From assembly GCA_001695645.1 (NCBI GenBank), contig LVZN01000034.1, forward strand, positions 60,001 through 92,000: 32,000 bases of DNA, read 5' to 3'. Source of the DNA: Erysipelotrichaceae bacterium MTC7 (GTDB lineage Bacteria > Bacillota_I > Bacilli_A > Erysipelotrichales > Erysipelotrichaceae). Shown piece by piece: positions 7,913 to 15,103 of the stretch; within the stretch, counting starts at the first letter, position 1; every line of letters starts with the position of its first letter. Made by a program: the position numbers and the translations under genes. The notes below the pieces were generated by a model that worked only from the letters and a program-made list of their open reading frames with translations, was not told the origin of the DNA and ran no database searches.

Positions 7913-7952
7913 TTCTCAAACCTCAACTTGCTGATAATACTCTAGAAAATTG

Positions 7953-7974
7953 AGATGCACGATGCATCTTTTTT
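7953..7974 (+). terminator. orphan terminator-like hairpin with no upstream gene
   Basis: AGATGCA-CGA-TGCATCT followed by a T-run. Confidence 0.4.
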
Positions 7975-8167
7975 AATGAAATATGGACATATTTACCATA
8001 TACAATATTGAAAAGCAATCAAAATATCCGTATCAAATTACTACATTGATGAACATACTACAATAATATTCTTCCAATATAAGAGCAGATTATTTTGAAA
8101 CATTTATAGTTTTAAGCGATAATAAAGGTACAACTTGATGTTGTACCTTTATTGATTGGAGATTTGT

Positions 8168-8707
8168 ATGCAACGATATATTGCTTTATTACGTGGAATT
8201 AACGTAGGTGGAAAAAACAAGATACCGATGAAAGAATTAAAACGATGCTTTGAACAGTTGAACTTTGTTGATGTTTGCACACATCTGCAAAGTGGAAATG
8301 TCATCTTTTCTACGGACGCAACTAGCATTGAAACCATGCGATCGTTAATCGAAAAACAGATAACTGAATCTTTTAATTTACACATTCCAGTACTGATTGT
8401 TTCTTTAAGCAAATTAAAAGATGCTTTTATGCATGCACCCACATGGTGGAATACAGATGATGCAACAATTTATGATAATTTGATTTGTTTGTTTCCAGGC
8501 GTAGATAGTTTGGATTTCTATCAAAGGATTGGACTACCAAATGAAGCATTGGAAAAAGTTGCTTGCTACAAAGACTTTATTTTTTGGTCATTTGTGAAAA
8601 AAGACCATCAGAAGTCTACCTGGTGGAAGAAAACAGCAAGTGATCCTTTTCGCATGCAAATCACAATTCGTACAGCAAACACCATTAAAAAAATAGTGGA
8701 CATGTAA
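8168..8707 (+). CDS. DUF1697 domain protein
   Basis: N-terminus MQRYIALLRGINVGGKNKIPMKEL is the family signature. GGAG upstream of ATG 8168. Confidence 0.8.
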   Translation: MQRYIALLRGINVGGKNKIPMKELKRCFEQLNFVDVCTHLQSGNVIFSTDATSIETMRSLIEKQITESFNLHIPVLIVSLSKLKDAFMHAPTWWNTDDATIYDNLICLFPGVDSLDFYQRIGLPNEALEKVACYKDFIFWSFVKKDHQKSTWWKKTASDPFRMQITIRTANTIKKIVDM

Positions 8708-8722
8708 AATAGGGGGATGCAA

Positions 8723-9283
8723 ATGGAACCATTCACATTTAGTAGTAGAGAAGCATTTCGAACATGGCTCGCAGAACATGCACATACGAGCGAAGGAATT
8801 TACATTCGCTTCATTAAAGGAAAGCAGACGCAAACATTAACTGCCAATCAAGCACTAGAAGAGGCCTTGTGCTTTGGGTGGATTGATGGACATATGAAGA
8901 AAGTTGATGATACAAGCCATGTTGAATATTTTGCTTTGCGTAAAAAACAAAGCAAATGGTCGCTTAAAAATAAACAGTTGGTCGAAGCCTTGCTTGCTAA
9001 AGGTTTGGTTACAGAGCTAGGCATTCAAAAGATTGAAGAAGCAAAAGAAAATGGTTTATGGCAAGCTGCAAGCAAACCTAGTGATATCAGTGAAAAAGAA
9101 ATCAAAGAATTGGAAAATCAGTTGCAGGTAGAGCCTGAAGCTTACAAAAATTTCAAAGCAATGTCAGCTTCCATTAGAAAAACCTATACACGTGCATACT
9201 TGGATGCTAAAACTGAACAAGATCGTAACAAACGCTTGCAGTGGATTATTGATCGTGTAAAACAGAACTTAAAACCAATGTAA
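8723..9283 (+). CDS. YdeI/OmpD-associated family protein
   Basis: FGWIDGHMKK and the C-terminal RKTYTRAYLDAKTEQDRNKRL motif. SD AGGGGG favours ATG 8723 over 8717. Confidence 0.7.
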   Translation: MEPFTFSSREAFRTWLAEHAHTSEGIYIRFIKGKQTQTLTANQALEEALCFGWIDGHMKKVDDTSHVEYFALRKKQSKWSLKNKQLVEALLAKGLVTELGIQKIEEAKENGLWQAASKPSDISEKEIKELENQLQVEPEAYKNFKAMSASIRKTYTRAYLDAKTEQDRNKRLQWIIDRVKQNLKPM

Positions 9284-9328
9284 ATACGCTCGAGCAATCA
9301 TGTATTGCTGGTTCAGCATACAAATACA

Positions 9329-9357
9329 TGGACAGTTTCGCTATTCTATGGTATTAT
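9329..9357 (+). promoter_or_regulatory. promoter of the DEAD-box helicase gene
   Basis: TGGACA, 17 nt spacer, extended -10 TGgTATTAT. Leaves a leader of about 80 nt. Confidence 0.45.
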
Positions 9358-9441
9358 CCATGGGCTCTGTCTATTGTATAGACACAAACAATAAATCAGA
9401 ACCTTGGTTTATGTGAGACAAAAGAAAGAAATAGGTAAACC

Positions 9442-10821
9442 ATGGAATTTAACCAATTAGGTATCAGTACACCCATCCAAAACGTACTAACACAACAAGG
9501 CTATAAACAACCAACTTTGATTCAAGAAAAAACCATACCTGCAGCACTTGAAGGAAATGATATTCTTGGACTTGCACAAACGGGAAGTGGAAAAACGGCA
9601 GCATTTGCAATTCCTACACTTCAACAATTGGCACAAAGTAAACGAAAAAATAGAAGCATCAAAGCACTTGTTTTAACACCAACTAGAGAGTTGGCCATTC
9701 AAGTACACGATAGTTTTACAACCTACGGTAAAAACTTACCATTAAAAACTGCCGTTATCTTTGGTGGGGTAAATCAAAACAAACAAGTAAAGCAAATGCA
9801 AGCTGGCGTTGACATTTTAGTTGCAACACCTGGACGCTTACTCGACTTAATCAAACAAGGCTTTGTCGATATTTCAATAATTGAAATCTTTATTTTAGAT
9901 GAAGCGGATCGCATGTTGGATATGGGATTTATTCACGACATCAATAAGGTGATTAAATACATTCCCAAAAATATACAAACGATGTTATTTTCTGCGACCA
10001 TGCCTAAAGAAATTGTCGGTATTGTGGACCGTTTATTAAAAAATCCAACCAAAGTATCCGTAACACCTGTTTCTTCAACCGTAGATACGATTGAACAAGG
10101 TGTCTATTATGTTGATCGCAATCATAAGATTGACTTGTTAAAGGAATTTATGTTGGAACACAAACATGAACCTGTACTAATTTTTACACGTACAAAACGT
10201 GGCTCAGATAAATTGATGCGTGACTTAGCTAAACGTGACATTAGCGCAAAAGCAATTCATGGAAACAAGTCACAAAATGCTCGTCAAATTGCCTTAACCA
10301 TGTTTAAAAATAACGAAATTGATGCTTTGATTGCTACAGATATTGCCAGTCGAGGGATTGATATTCATGACTTAAAATATGTCATCAATTACGATTTACC
10401 CGAACAAGCGGAGAGTTATGTTCACCGTATTGGACGAACTGGACGAGCAGGAAATCGTGGAACAGCTATTTCGTATTGTAGCTACCAGGAGATCCCTTTG
10501 TTAAAAGATATTGAAAAACTGATCAAAAAGAAAATTCACGTACTTGAAAATGAGGCATATCCACTGATTGATAAAACGGAAAAAGAAAAGAAAAAAGCCA
10601 AGCCTAAAAAAGTACCAAAAGACAAACGTGAAGAAACCGTTGTAAAAAAACACAAAAGCAAAAAACATAAACGTGTGGATCCTAAAAACTTTAAAAATAA
10701 AGAGGGAAAGAAAAAGAAAGAAACTACTGTTGACCAATCAAAACCACAAGGTCGTAAAAAGTATAATCAAACGGCGAAAAAGAGAGGAAATACCAAACAT
10801 GCCACATACAAAAAGAAGTAA
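9442..10821 (+). CDS. DEAD-box ATP-dependent RNA helicase with a Lys-rich C-terminal tail
   Basis: Motifs AQTGSGKTAAF, PTRELA, DEAD, SAT and HRIGRTGRAG. The last roughly 90 aa are K/E-rich. Confidence 0.9.
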   Translation: MEFNQLGISTPIQNVLTQQGYKQPTLIQEKTIPAALEGNDILGLAQTGSGKTAAFAIPTLQQLAQSKRKNRSIKALVLTPTRELAIQVHDSFTTYGKNLPLKTAVIFGGVNQNKQVKQMQAGVDILVATPGRLLDLIKQGFVDISIIEIFILDEADRMLDMGFIHDINKVIKYIPKNIQTMLFSATMPKEIVGIVDRLLKNPTKVSVTPVSSTVDTIEQGVYYVDRNHKIDLLKEFMLEHKHEPVLIFTRTKRGSDKLMRDLAKRDISAKAIHGNKSQNARQIALTMFKNNEIDALIATDIASRGIDIHDLKYVINYDLPEQAESYVHRIGRTGRAGNRGTAISYCSYQEIPLLKDIEKLIKKKIHVLENEAYPLIDKTEKEKKKAKPKKVPKDKREETVVKKHKSKKHKRVDPKNFKNKEGKKKKETTVDQSKPQGRKKYNQTAKKRGNTKHATYKKK

Positions 10822-11002
10822 TATCTATCCTGGTTTAAAAGTAGATATTATTCTAAAACAAGACCAAAGAACGGGTACAAAAACACGCGGTATTGTGAAA
10901 ACATTATTAACAAATTCACCAAATCATCCGCATGGAATTAAAGTACGCTTGGAAAATGGTCTTGTGGGACGAGTGGCTAACATTATAAAGACATCGATAT
11001 AG
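10799..11002 (+). CDS. ywbE: YwbE family protein (DUF2196)
   Basis: GLKVDIILKQDQRTGTKTRGIVKTLLTNSPNHPHGIKVRLENGLVGRV. ATG 10799 follows GAGAGGA. Overlaps the helicase 3' end by 23 nt. Confidence 0.7.
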   Translation: MPHTKRSNIYPGLKVDIILKQDQRTGTKTRGIVKTLLTNSPNHPHGIKVRLENGLVGRVANIIKTSI

Positions 11003-11010
11003 GGGGCATT

Positions 11011-11394
11011 ATGAAATTAGAACATGTAGCAATGTATGTAGAAAACTTGGAACAAGCAAAAGCATTTTTTATTACGTATTTTGAGGCAGTCGCAAATGAG
11101 ATTTACCACAATCCCAATACTGGATTTTCATCTTATTTTCTTTCGTTTCAAGATGGTGCAAGATTGGAACTTATGCACAAACCAAACATGACAAAAACAA
11201 ATGTATGTGAAGAGCACTTTGGATACGTTCACCTGGCTTTTTGTGTGGGAAGCAAACAAGGAGTCGATACACTTACAAAACGGCTTGTAGAAGCGGGTTA
11301 TGAGCTTGTCAGCGGACCTCGCACGACAGGTGATGGTTATTACGAAAGTTGTATTAAAGGATTTGAAGGAAATATAATCGAAATTACGGCTTAA
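11011..11394 (+). CDS. VOC/glyoxalase family protein
   Basis: KLEHVAMYVENLEQAKAFF...HLAF...EIT is the typical betaalphabetabetabeta module pattern. SD GGGGG upstream. Confidence 0.7.
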   Translation: MKLEHVAMYVENLEQAKAFFITYFEAVANEIYHNPNTGFSSYFLSFQDGARLELMHKPNMTKTNVCEEHFGYVHLAFCVGSKQGVDTLTKRLVEAGYELVSGPRTTGDGYYESCIKGFEGNIIEITA

Positions 11395-11424
11395 CACCAC
11401 CAACATCATGTAGGTGGTGTTTTA
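11394..11424 (+). terminator. Rho-independent terminator
   Basis: ACACCACC / GGTGGTGT stem followed by TTTAT. Confidence 0.5.
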
Positions 11425-11450
11425 TGACAATTTCCTAAGCATTCATAACA

Positions 11451-11479
11451 TTTACAATACTGCATTCTGTTTATAGAAT
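11451..11479 (+). promoter_or_regulatory. promoter of the small ORF
   Basis: TTTACA, 17 nt spacer, TAGAAT. Confidence 0.45.
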
Positions 11480-11513
11480 ATAATTTTATTCTAAGATAAA
11501 AGGGGGCATACAT

Positions 11514-11651
11514 ATGTTATGGGAACTGGAAGCCTTGATCATGAATGCAAAACGTGTGACAACACCAGATAGCCACAATTTCAAACTCTGGCTTTTATTT
11601 GCATTTCTTGCATATTTAGTGATTAATCACTTTGTAAGTAGACAAAAATAG
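11514..11651 (+). CDS. small hydrophobic protein, 45 aa (below the ORF-track size cutoff)
   Basis: MLWELEALIMNAKRVTTPDSHNFKLWLLFAFLAYLVINHFVSRQK. SD AAGGGGG lies 7 nt upstream. It has its own promoter and terminator and one predicted C-terminal TM helix. Confidence 0.5.
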   Translation: MLWELEALIMNAKRVTTPDSHNFKLWLLFAFLAYLVINHFVSRQK

Positions 11652-11670
11652 AATACAATAAACTTACATC

Positions 11671-11701
11671 CAAACGAGACGATGGTTTCGTTTGTTTTTT
11701 T
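11671..11701 (+). terminator. Rho-independent terminator
   Basis: CAAACGAGAC / GTTTCGTTTG stem followed by TTTTTTT. Confidence 0.65.
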
Positions 11702-11745
11702 ATCCTCATTTTTTGATTATTTAAATGTTAAAAACTTTATAAGTT

Positions 11746-11754
11746 TGCTACAAT
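11746..11754 (+). promoter_or_regulatory. extended -10 promoter of the transglutaminase-like gene
   Basis: TGcTACAAT, with a weak -35. Confidence 0.35.
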
Positions 11755-11842
11755 GGGAGAAAGAAATAAAAAACTACATAAATTAAAAATAATTCGCATA
11801 CGTTGTACCATTGAGAATCATCAATCATCAAGTGAGGAACCT

Positions 11843-12439
11843 ATGAAGCAAATGGAAGATAATTTACAAGCTTATGTAACATGTACAAGTTTTATTGATT
11901 ACAAACATCCCAACATCAAAAAGTTGGTGGATCAAATTTATGAAAAAAGTCTTGATACACGAGACTATATCAAACGTTGTTTCGAATTTGTTCGTGATGA
12001 AATCGCGCATTCGTGGGATATTCAAGATAAACGAATTACGATTAAAGCAAGCGACGTGTTGCTTGAAGGCGTAGGTGTATGTTTATCCAAGTCCAATTTA
12101 TTGGCAGCTTTACTTCGAGCAAAACGAATTCCTTGTGGAATTTGTTACCAACGCTTACGTTTATCAGAACATGCAGATCGTTCATATTGCATTCACGCCT
12201 TAAACGCAGTGTATTATGAAGGCAAGTGGCGACGTTTGGATGCCCGTGGCAACAATACTAGTGTATATGCAACACTTAACCACAATCATGAAGCACTGGC
12301 CTTTCATGTGTGTATAGAGGATGGGGAAGTGGACTATGATGAAGTATATGCAGAGCCTTTAAACCAGGTGATGAATCCTTTATTAAATGCCCATAATATG
12401 ATAGATTTCTACAAATATCACATGCTAGAGAAATTATAA
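11843..12439 (+). CDS. transglutaminase-like cysteine-protease-fold protein
   Basis: GVGVCLSKSNLLAALLRAKRIP (Cys) followed by IHALNAVYYEGKWRRLDA (His/Asp). SD GAGGA supports ATG 11843 rather than 11753. Confidence 0.7.
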   Translation: MKQMEDNLQAYVTCTSFIDYKHPNIKKLVDQIYEKSLDTRDYIKRCFEFVRDEIAHSWDIQDKRITIKASDVLLEGVGVCLSKSNLLAALLRAKRIPCGICYQRLRLSEHADRSYCIHALNAVYYEGKWRRLDARGNNTSVYATLNHNHEALAFHVCIEDGEVDYDEVYAEPLNQVMNPLLNAHNMIDFYKYHMLEKL

Positions 12440-12465
12440 CAGGTTCCATTGAACCTGTTTTTTTC
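12438..12465 (+). terminator. Rho-independent terminator
   Basis: AACAGGTTC-CATT-GAACCTGTT followed by TTTTTT. Confidence 0.75.
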
Positions 12466-12580
12466 TATGAAAAATGCATGTAAGTAAATGTAAGAAATAG
12501 TGAAACTTTCAGTTTTTCTGCCTATTATCTGTAAGCGTTTTCAAGTATAATTTACTTATGAAGCTAAAGGGGAAGATACC

Positions 12581-13198
12581 ATGAAAGAAATCCTAAAAGA
12601 GAAGAAGATTGAACACTTAATACATTTTACAAACGCGGAAAATTTATTCAATATATTCCGTTATGGACTTATACCAAGAACTGAACTTGTAAAACGCGAT
12701 ATTGAATCGGCATTTAACTTGCGAAGCCGCAAATATCATGATGCGGTTGCCTTAACCATTGAGTTTCCAGATTATACGCAGTTCAACGCGATCCGCTTTC
12801 GCCAACACAATTTACCTTGGGTAATTTTGAAAATTGATGCAAGTAAAATCAATTATAATGCTTGTGCGTATTCGCCACTAAAGGGAAGTGAACTACGTTA
12901 CGGCCAAGAAGGGTTTTTATCGTTATTTGATGAAGTTGATGATCAAAAAAGTAGAGCAGAAATGGAATTGGACGCTTGTTATCCAACCACGGTACAATCC
13001 AAAGTCTTATGCTATGAAACCATTCCGGTTGATGCCATTAAAGAAGTGCATTTTCCAGATGCTGATAACTATTGGATCTACAAAGGAACCATTCCAAAGA
13101 AAAGCAAAGCGCAAGTCAAAGTGGACCGTTCGTATTTTCGTACGCGTCACGATTTTGAGTTTTGGAAAGTCAATAATTACAAACCCTTACCACAATAA
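12581..13198 (+). CDS. DarT/DUF4433-like ADP-ribosyltransferase-fold protein (tentative), orphan
   Basis: N-terminal LIHFTNAENLFNIFRYGL resembles the DarT HFTH..NL..IL..G motif. YHDAVAL..F and the C-terminal QSKVLCYETIPVDAIKEVHF align without gaps to the DarT AEFL..P....E. block as I recall it. SD AAAGGGGAAG upstream. Confidence 0.35.
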   Translation: MKEILKEKKIEHLIHFTNAENLFNIFRYGLIPRTELVKRDIESAFNLRSRKYHDAVALTIEFPDYTQFNAIRFRQHNLPWVILKIDASKINYNACAYSPLKGSELRYGQEGFLSLFDEVDDQKSRAEMELDACYPTTVQSKVLCYETIPVDAIKEVHFPDADNYWIYKGTIPKKSKAQVKVDRSYFRTRHDFEFWKVNNYKPLPQ

Positions 13199-13200
13199 AA

Positions 13201-13232
13201 AAGAAGAAACCTATAAACCTAGGTTTCTTCTT
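13201..13232. terminator. bidirectional terminator between convergent genes
   Basis: AAGAAGAAACCT / AGGTTTCTTCTT 12-bp stem flanked by A-runs and T-runs. Confidence 0.7.
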
Positions 13233-13690
13233 TCTTTTGGGTCTATTTCATAGTAGTCTTTATACCACTGTGTTTTACGAATGGCTTCAATACCACCTTT
13301 TTCCTTGATTAAATCGGCAATTGTTACATCATTCAAAAACATTTTTAGTTCCGCACCAGCTCGGTACCAAACTTCACGATACACAAAACGTGATAATGCA
13401 TCTGGATTGTCACGACGTGGGGCAAGTCCATCAACAGGTTCCATGGCCATAATGACACTATAAATCGTGATGTCCTCAGGTCGAATGGATAGTTTATATC
13501 CACCTTTGTGTCCACGTACACTTGTAATGTAATTTGCTTTTTTTAATTCAATAAAAATTGTTTCAATATACTTTGCTGACAGTTGTAAATGGCGACTTGC
13601 ACTTTTGACAGTAATCAAACCCTGATCCTCAAAAATTGCACATCCAATTAACACACGAACCGCATATCTAGATTTGGTAGTTAATTTCAT
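13211..13690 (-). CDS. Rrf2 family transcriptional regulator (no cluster-type Cys triad, extended C-terminus)
   Basis: MKLTTKSRYAVRVL... wHTH with HKGGYKL. SD GGGAGGGG supports the Met at 13690. Confidence 0.8.
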   Translation of the reverse strand: MKLTTKSRYAVRVLIGCAIFEDQGLITVKSASRHLQLSAKYIETIFIELKKANYITSVRGHKGGYKLSIRPEDITIYSVIMAMEPVDGLAPRRDNPDALSRFVYREVWYRAGAELKMFLNDVTIADLIKEKGGIEAIRKTQWYKDYYEIDPKERRNLGL

Positions 13691-14096
13691 TAGTAAACCC
13701 CTCCCTATACGATTCAACCAAGCTTTTTATCGTTATTTTCTCCAACGAACGATACAGTTGTTCCTGTGTGCGTTTCCACAAATTACTGGTCATACATTGA
13801 TCGACTTGTGGGCAATATCCAGACACACAATAGACGATTTCAACGTTTTGTTCAACTGCTAATACGATATCTTTACAGGTTATATCTTGCGTAGGGCGTG
13901 CCAAAGTATATCCTCCGGTTTTCCCACGTTTACTAACAACGATGTTAGCACTCTTTAGATCACGGAAGATATGTTCTAGAAATTTTGCTGAACAGTTACG
14001 TTTATTCGCAATGTCAGCAATGGACATACTTCTTTCCTCATTCGCCAAGTACACCAAGCATTCAACTGCATAAACTCCTCTTTTACTTATCTTCAT
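13668..14096 (-). CDS. Rrf2 family transcriptional regulator with a candidate Fe-S-ligand Cys triad
   Basis: MKISKRGVYAVECLVYLA..., GKTGGYTLARP, and CVSGYCPQVDQC (CX4CX5C) at the position of the IscR/NsrR cluster ligands. Confidence 0.8.
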   Translation of the reverse strand: MKISKRGVYAVECLVYLANEERSMSIADIANKRNCSAKFLEHIFRDLKSANIVVSKRGKTGGYTLARPTQDITCKDIVLAVEQNVEIVYCVSGYCPQVDQCMTSNLWKRTQEQLYRSLEKITIKSLVESYREGFTNEINYQI

Positions 14097-14102
14097 ACAT
14101 GA

Positions 14103-14111
14103 ATTATATCA
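14103..14111 (-). promoter_or_regulatory. extended -10 promoter placed for a leaderless Rrf2 transcript
   Basis: The minus strand reads TGaTATAAT-tcatgt-ATG. Only 6 nt separate the -10 from the start codon, and there is no SD. Confidence 0.45.
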
Positions 14112-14310
14112 CACATTTTGCGCTAAATCTATAATTCCTAGCATTTCAATGGGATTATTTTATTGACGTAGATTGTTATTGCACTTGTAGACAACGTCCA
14201 GTGATACAGTAGGAATTACAAATGACGAATAGAGTCGGGGATAAGCGGTTTTTTTAGAAGGCTTAGAACGCTTTAAAATATGTTAAATACTACATCTTTT
14301 TTGATATGCT

Positions 14311-14339
14311 TTGACTATGAAAGGAAAATAAGGTTAAAT
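14311..14339 (+). promoter_or_regulatory. promoter of the HAD hydrolase gene
   Basis: TTGACT, 17 nt spacer, TTAAAT. Confidence 0.45.
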
Positions 14340-14365
14340 AATACTAAACAATTAGAGGAGATCAC

Positions 14366-15079
14366 ATGAACACAATACTATTTGATTTAGACGGTACGTT
14401 ATTACCGATGGATTTAGATGAATTCATTAAACAATACTTTGGACAATTGAAACGTCGTTTTGCCAATACAGATTACGATCCTGAGGTTTTAATCAAGGCC
14501 ATTTGGGCTGGAACCGAAGCGATGGCAAGTAATGATGGAAGTAAAACCAATGCTGCTATTTTCTGGGAAACCTTTGAGCAAGTAAGCAACCTTAAAGTAA
14601 ACGAAGTTGAAAAAACATTCGAAGACTTCTATGGTACAGACTTTCAAAACATTGAGCGTGTTGTTACCAAAAACCAAAGCATTATCGATGCCATTGAAAT
14701 CTTAAAACAAAAGGGATATAAAATGATTGCAGCAACCAATCCACTGTTTCCAAAAATTGCAAGTGAATCAAGACTTCGTTGGTCAGGTGTCGATACTACA
14801 GCGTTTTTGGAAGTAACGACATTTGAAGATTACCACTACTGCAAACCCAACCCAGATTATTTTAATGAAGTACTAAAAAAACATAACTTAGACAAGGACG
14901 ATGTCATGATGGTGGGTAATGATGCACAAGAAGATGGTGCCATTATGAAACTAGGGATTCCTTTATATTTAATCAACGATCACTTAATCGACCGTAGAGA
15001 TGATGCAAAAAAAGCAAACTGGAACACATCAAGTGATAAGTTCTTGGAGTTTGTAAAAGATTTACCAAATATCGCATAA
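14366..15079 (+). CDS. HAD family hydrolase
   Basis: Motif I ILFDLDGTLL and a late MVGNDAQEDG motif. SD AGAGGAG upstream. Confidence 0.8.
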   Translation: MNTILFDLDGTLLPMDLDEFIKQYFGQLKRRFANTDYDPEVLIKAIWAGTEAMASNDGSKTNAAIFWETFEQVSNLKVNEVEKTFEDFYGTDFQNIERVVTKNQSIIDAIEILKQKGYKMIAATNPLFPKIASESRLRWSGVDTTAFLEVTTFEDYHYCKPNPDYFNEVLKKHNLDKDDVMMVGNDAQEDGAIMKLGIPLYLINDHLIDRRDDAKKANWNTSSDKFLEFVKDLPNIA

Positions 15080-15080
15080 A

Positions 15081-15103
15081 AAAAGATGACAATGTCATCT
15101 TTT
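15081..15103. terminator. bidirectional terminator
   Basis: AAAAGATGAC-AAT-GTCATCTTTT. Overlaps the stop codon of the minus-strand gene. Confidence 0.6.

Noticed and set aside
1-8155. Search for an integrase, transposase, relaxase or conjugation gene to make the accessory region a defined mobile element
   Set aside because: None of the ORFs shows recombinase motifs. Mobility is therefore inferred only from scars and repeats and is reported as findings rather than as an annotated element.
10501-10800. A/G-rich repetitive stretch with ORFs in several frames (10501-10737 minus, 10673 plus). I considered a tandem-repeat or CRISPR-like feature.
   Set aside because: It is the Lys/Glu-rich low-complexity tail of the helicase. 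There are no regularly spaced identical repeats, and only the distal part of the 10673 ORF (from 10799) has YwbE homology and an SD.
12888-13253. 121-aa plus-strand ORF in an alternative frame of the DarT-like gene
   Set aside because: It is nested inside a longer ORF that has a strong SD and family motifs. It has no ribosome-binding site of its own and runs through the terminator hairpin.
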